Program-made: the position numbers and the translations under genes
The notes under the pieces: generated by a model
What the model was told of the DNA's origin: nothing
Databases searched by the model: none
What the model saw: the letters and a program-made list of their open reading frames with translations, nothing else
Assembly (NCBI GenBank): GCA_050259635.1
Contig: JBLNBA010000004.1
Location: 75,005-139,004, forward strand
Reading direction: 5' to 3'
Length of the DNA stretch: 64,000 nt
Origin: Bacillota bacterium
GTDB taxonomy: Bacteria; Patescibacteriota; Patescibacteriia; Patescibacteriales; UBA12465
Part shown: positions 63,650 through 64,000 of the stretch, one piece after another
How the letters are laid out: each line of letters opens with the position of its first letter
How positions within the stretch are numbered: position 1 is the stretch's first letter

Positions 63650-64000
63650 ATGAAAAAAGCAACTATAGCAGCTTTCGCTGCCATGGGCTTGATAGCTTCC
63701 ACTCTTTCTGTCCAAGCGATTGGAAACGGCGCTCCTAGCGGTAGCCATTACAACCTTAACCTCATTGGGGTTTCTAAGGACAAAACATCCTTAATGGATA
63801 GTAATGACGGCCACCGCATCTTCGTTAACCTTGAAGGTAAAACTTCTATTAAACTTACAGAAGGTAACGAATTTGCAGTCCTCGATGCCAACGGCACCGA
63901 CGGCAATGGCGCAAGATTCCAGCTTCCTAATCCGGACCCGGATAATGACGGAGTTACCGTTTACTCGGTATACGCTCGTCCTCTCGGGACCCCCGGAGGA
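63650..64000 (+). CDS. secreted hypothetical protein; 3' end cut by the window edge
   Basis: ATG preceded by 'gggggggtga'. It has signal peptide 'MKKATIAAFAAMGLIASTLSVQA', and the frame is open to nt 64000. The antisense ORF 63422..63748 is rejected. Confidence 0.65.
   Translation, partial: MKKATIAAFAAMGLIASTLSVQAIGNGAPSGSHYNLNLIGVSKDKTSLMDSNDGHRIFVNLEGKTSIKLTEGNEFAVLDANGTDGNGARFQLPNPDPDNDGVTVYSVYARPLGTPGG

Noticed and set aside
63422-63748. 108-aa minus-strand ORF from the track.
   Set aside because: It spans a terminator, a consensus promoter and the 5' end of a well-supported plus-strand signal-peptide gene (63650..). It has no start context.
1-64000. Alternative genetic code (UGA recoding, as in some CPR lineages).
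   Set aside because: All conserved genes read through at full length with the standard code and terminate at TGA, TAA or TAG where homologs end. No in-frame UGA needs recoding.

Overview
This 64-kb window is a densely packed bacterial chromosome segment using the standard genetic code. Its gene content suggests a streamlined Patescibacteria/CPR-like genome; this is an inference. The supporting signs are compact housekeeping enzymes, a DUF4012 gene next to a wHTH regulator, an orphan VirD4-like ATPase, and many membrane-anchored secreted proteins of unknown function. I support about 60 protein-coding genes, many clean rho-independent terminators, and several perfect sigma70-type promoters. I could not recognise any rRNA, tRNA, CRISPR array, transposase, reverse transcriptase or prophage by eye. 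Core blocks: (1) iscS-iscU and secE-nusG-rplK-rplA, at 1-4 kb. (2) rsmI-metG-cvpA-tsaC-ctp-pyrG, at 5.9-12.2 kb. (3) A ferredoxin, small protein, VirD4/TraD-like ATPase, dnaX and serS, at 12.7-18.8 kb. (4) Cell-envelope genes: a GHL/FG-GAP protein, alr, ftsQ, xer, an M23 peptidase, a serine hydrolase and a TagA-Nudix fusion, at 18.8-28.8 kb. (5) rplJ-rplL, at 48.5-49.5 kb. (6) A collinear repair cluster, uvrB-nudix-uvrA-ogt-uvrC, at 49.7-56.2 kb. (7) ldh, secreted proteins and small genes, at 56.4-64 kb. The accessory-looking part is a surface-glycan/envelope island at about 30-45.4 kb. It holds three GT4 glycosyltransferases, a Wzz-like protein, a Wzy_C/O-antigen-ligase-like protein, a GHL TIM-barrel protein and DUF4012. 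It also holds two sets of divergent paralogous secreted proteins and some proteins with Bacteroidota-style signal peptides. The best candidates for something undescribed are: the operon bracketed by paralogous surface proteins (a possible protein O-glycosylation module); the orphan coupling-ATPase operon; the TagA-Nudix fusion; and the consolidated, domain-reduced NER cluster. All functional calls come from motifs read by eye, and no database search was possible.
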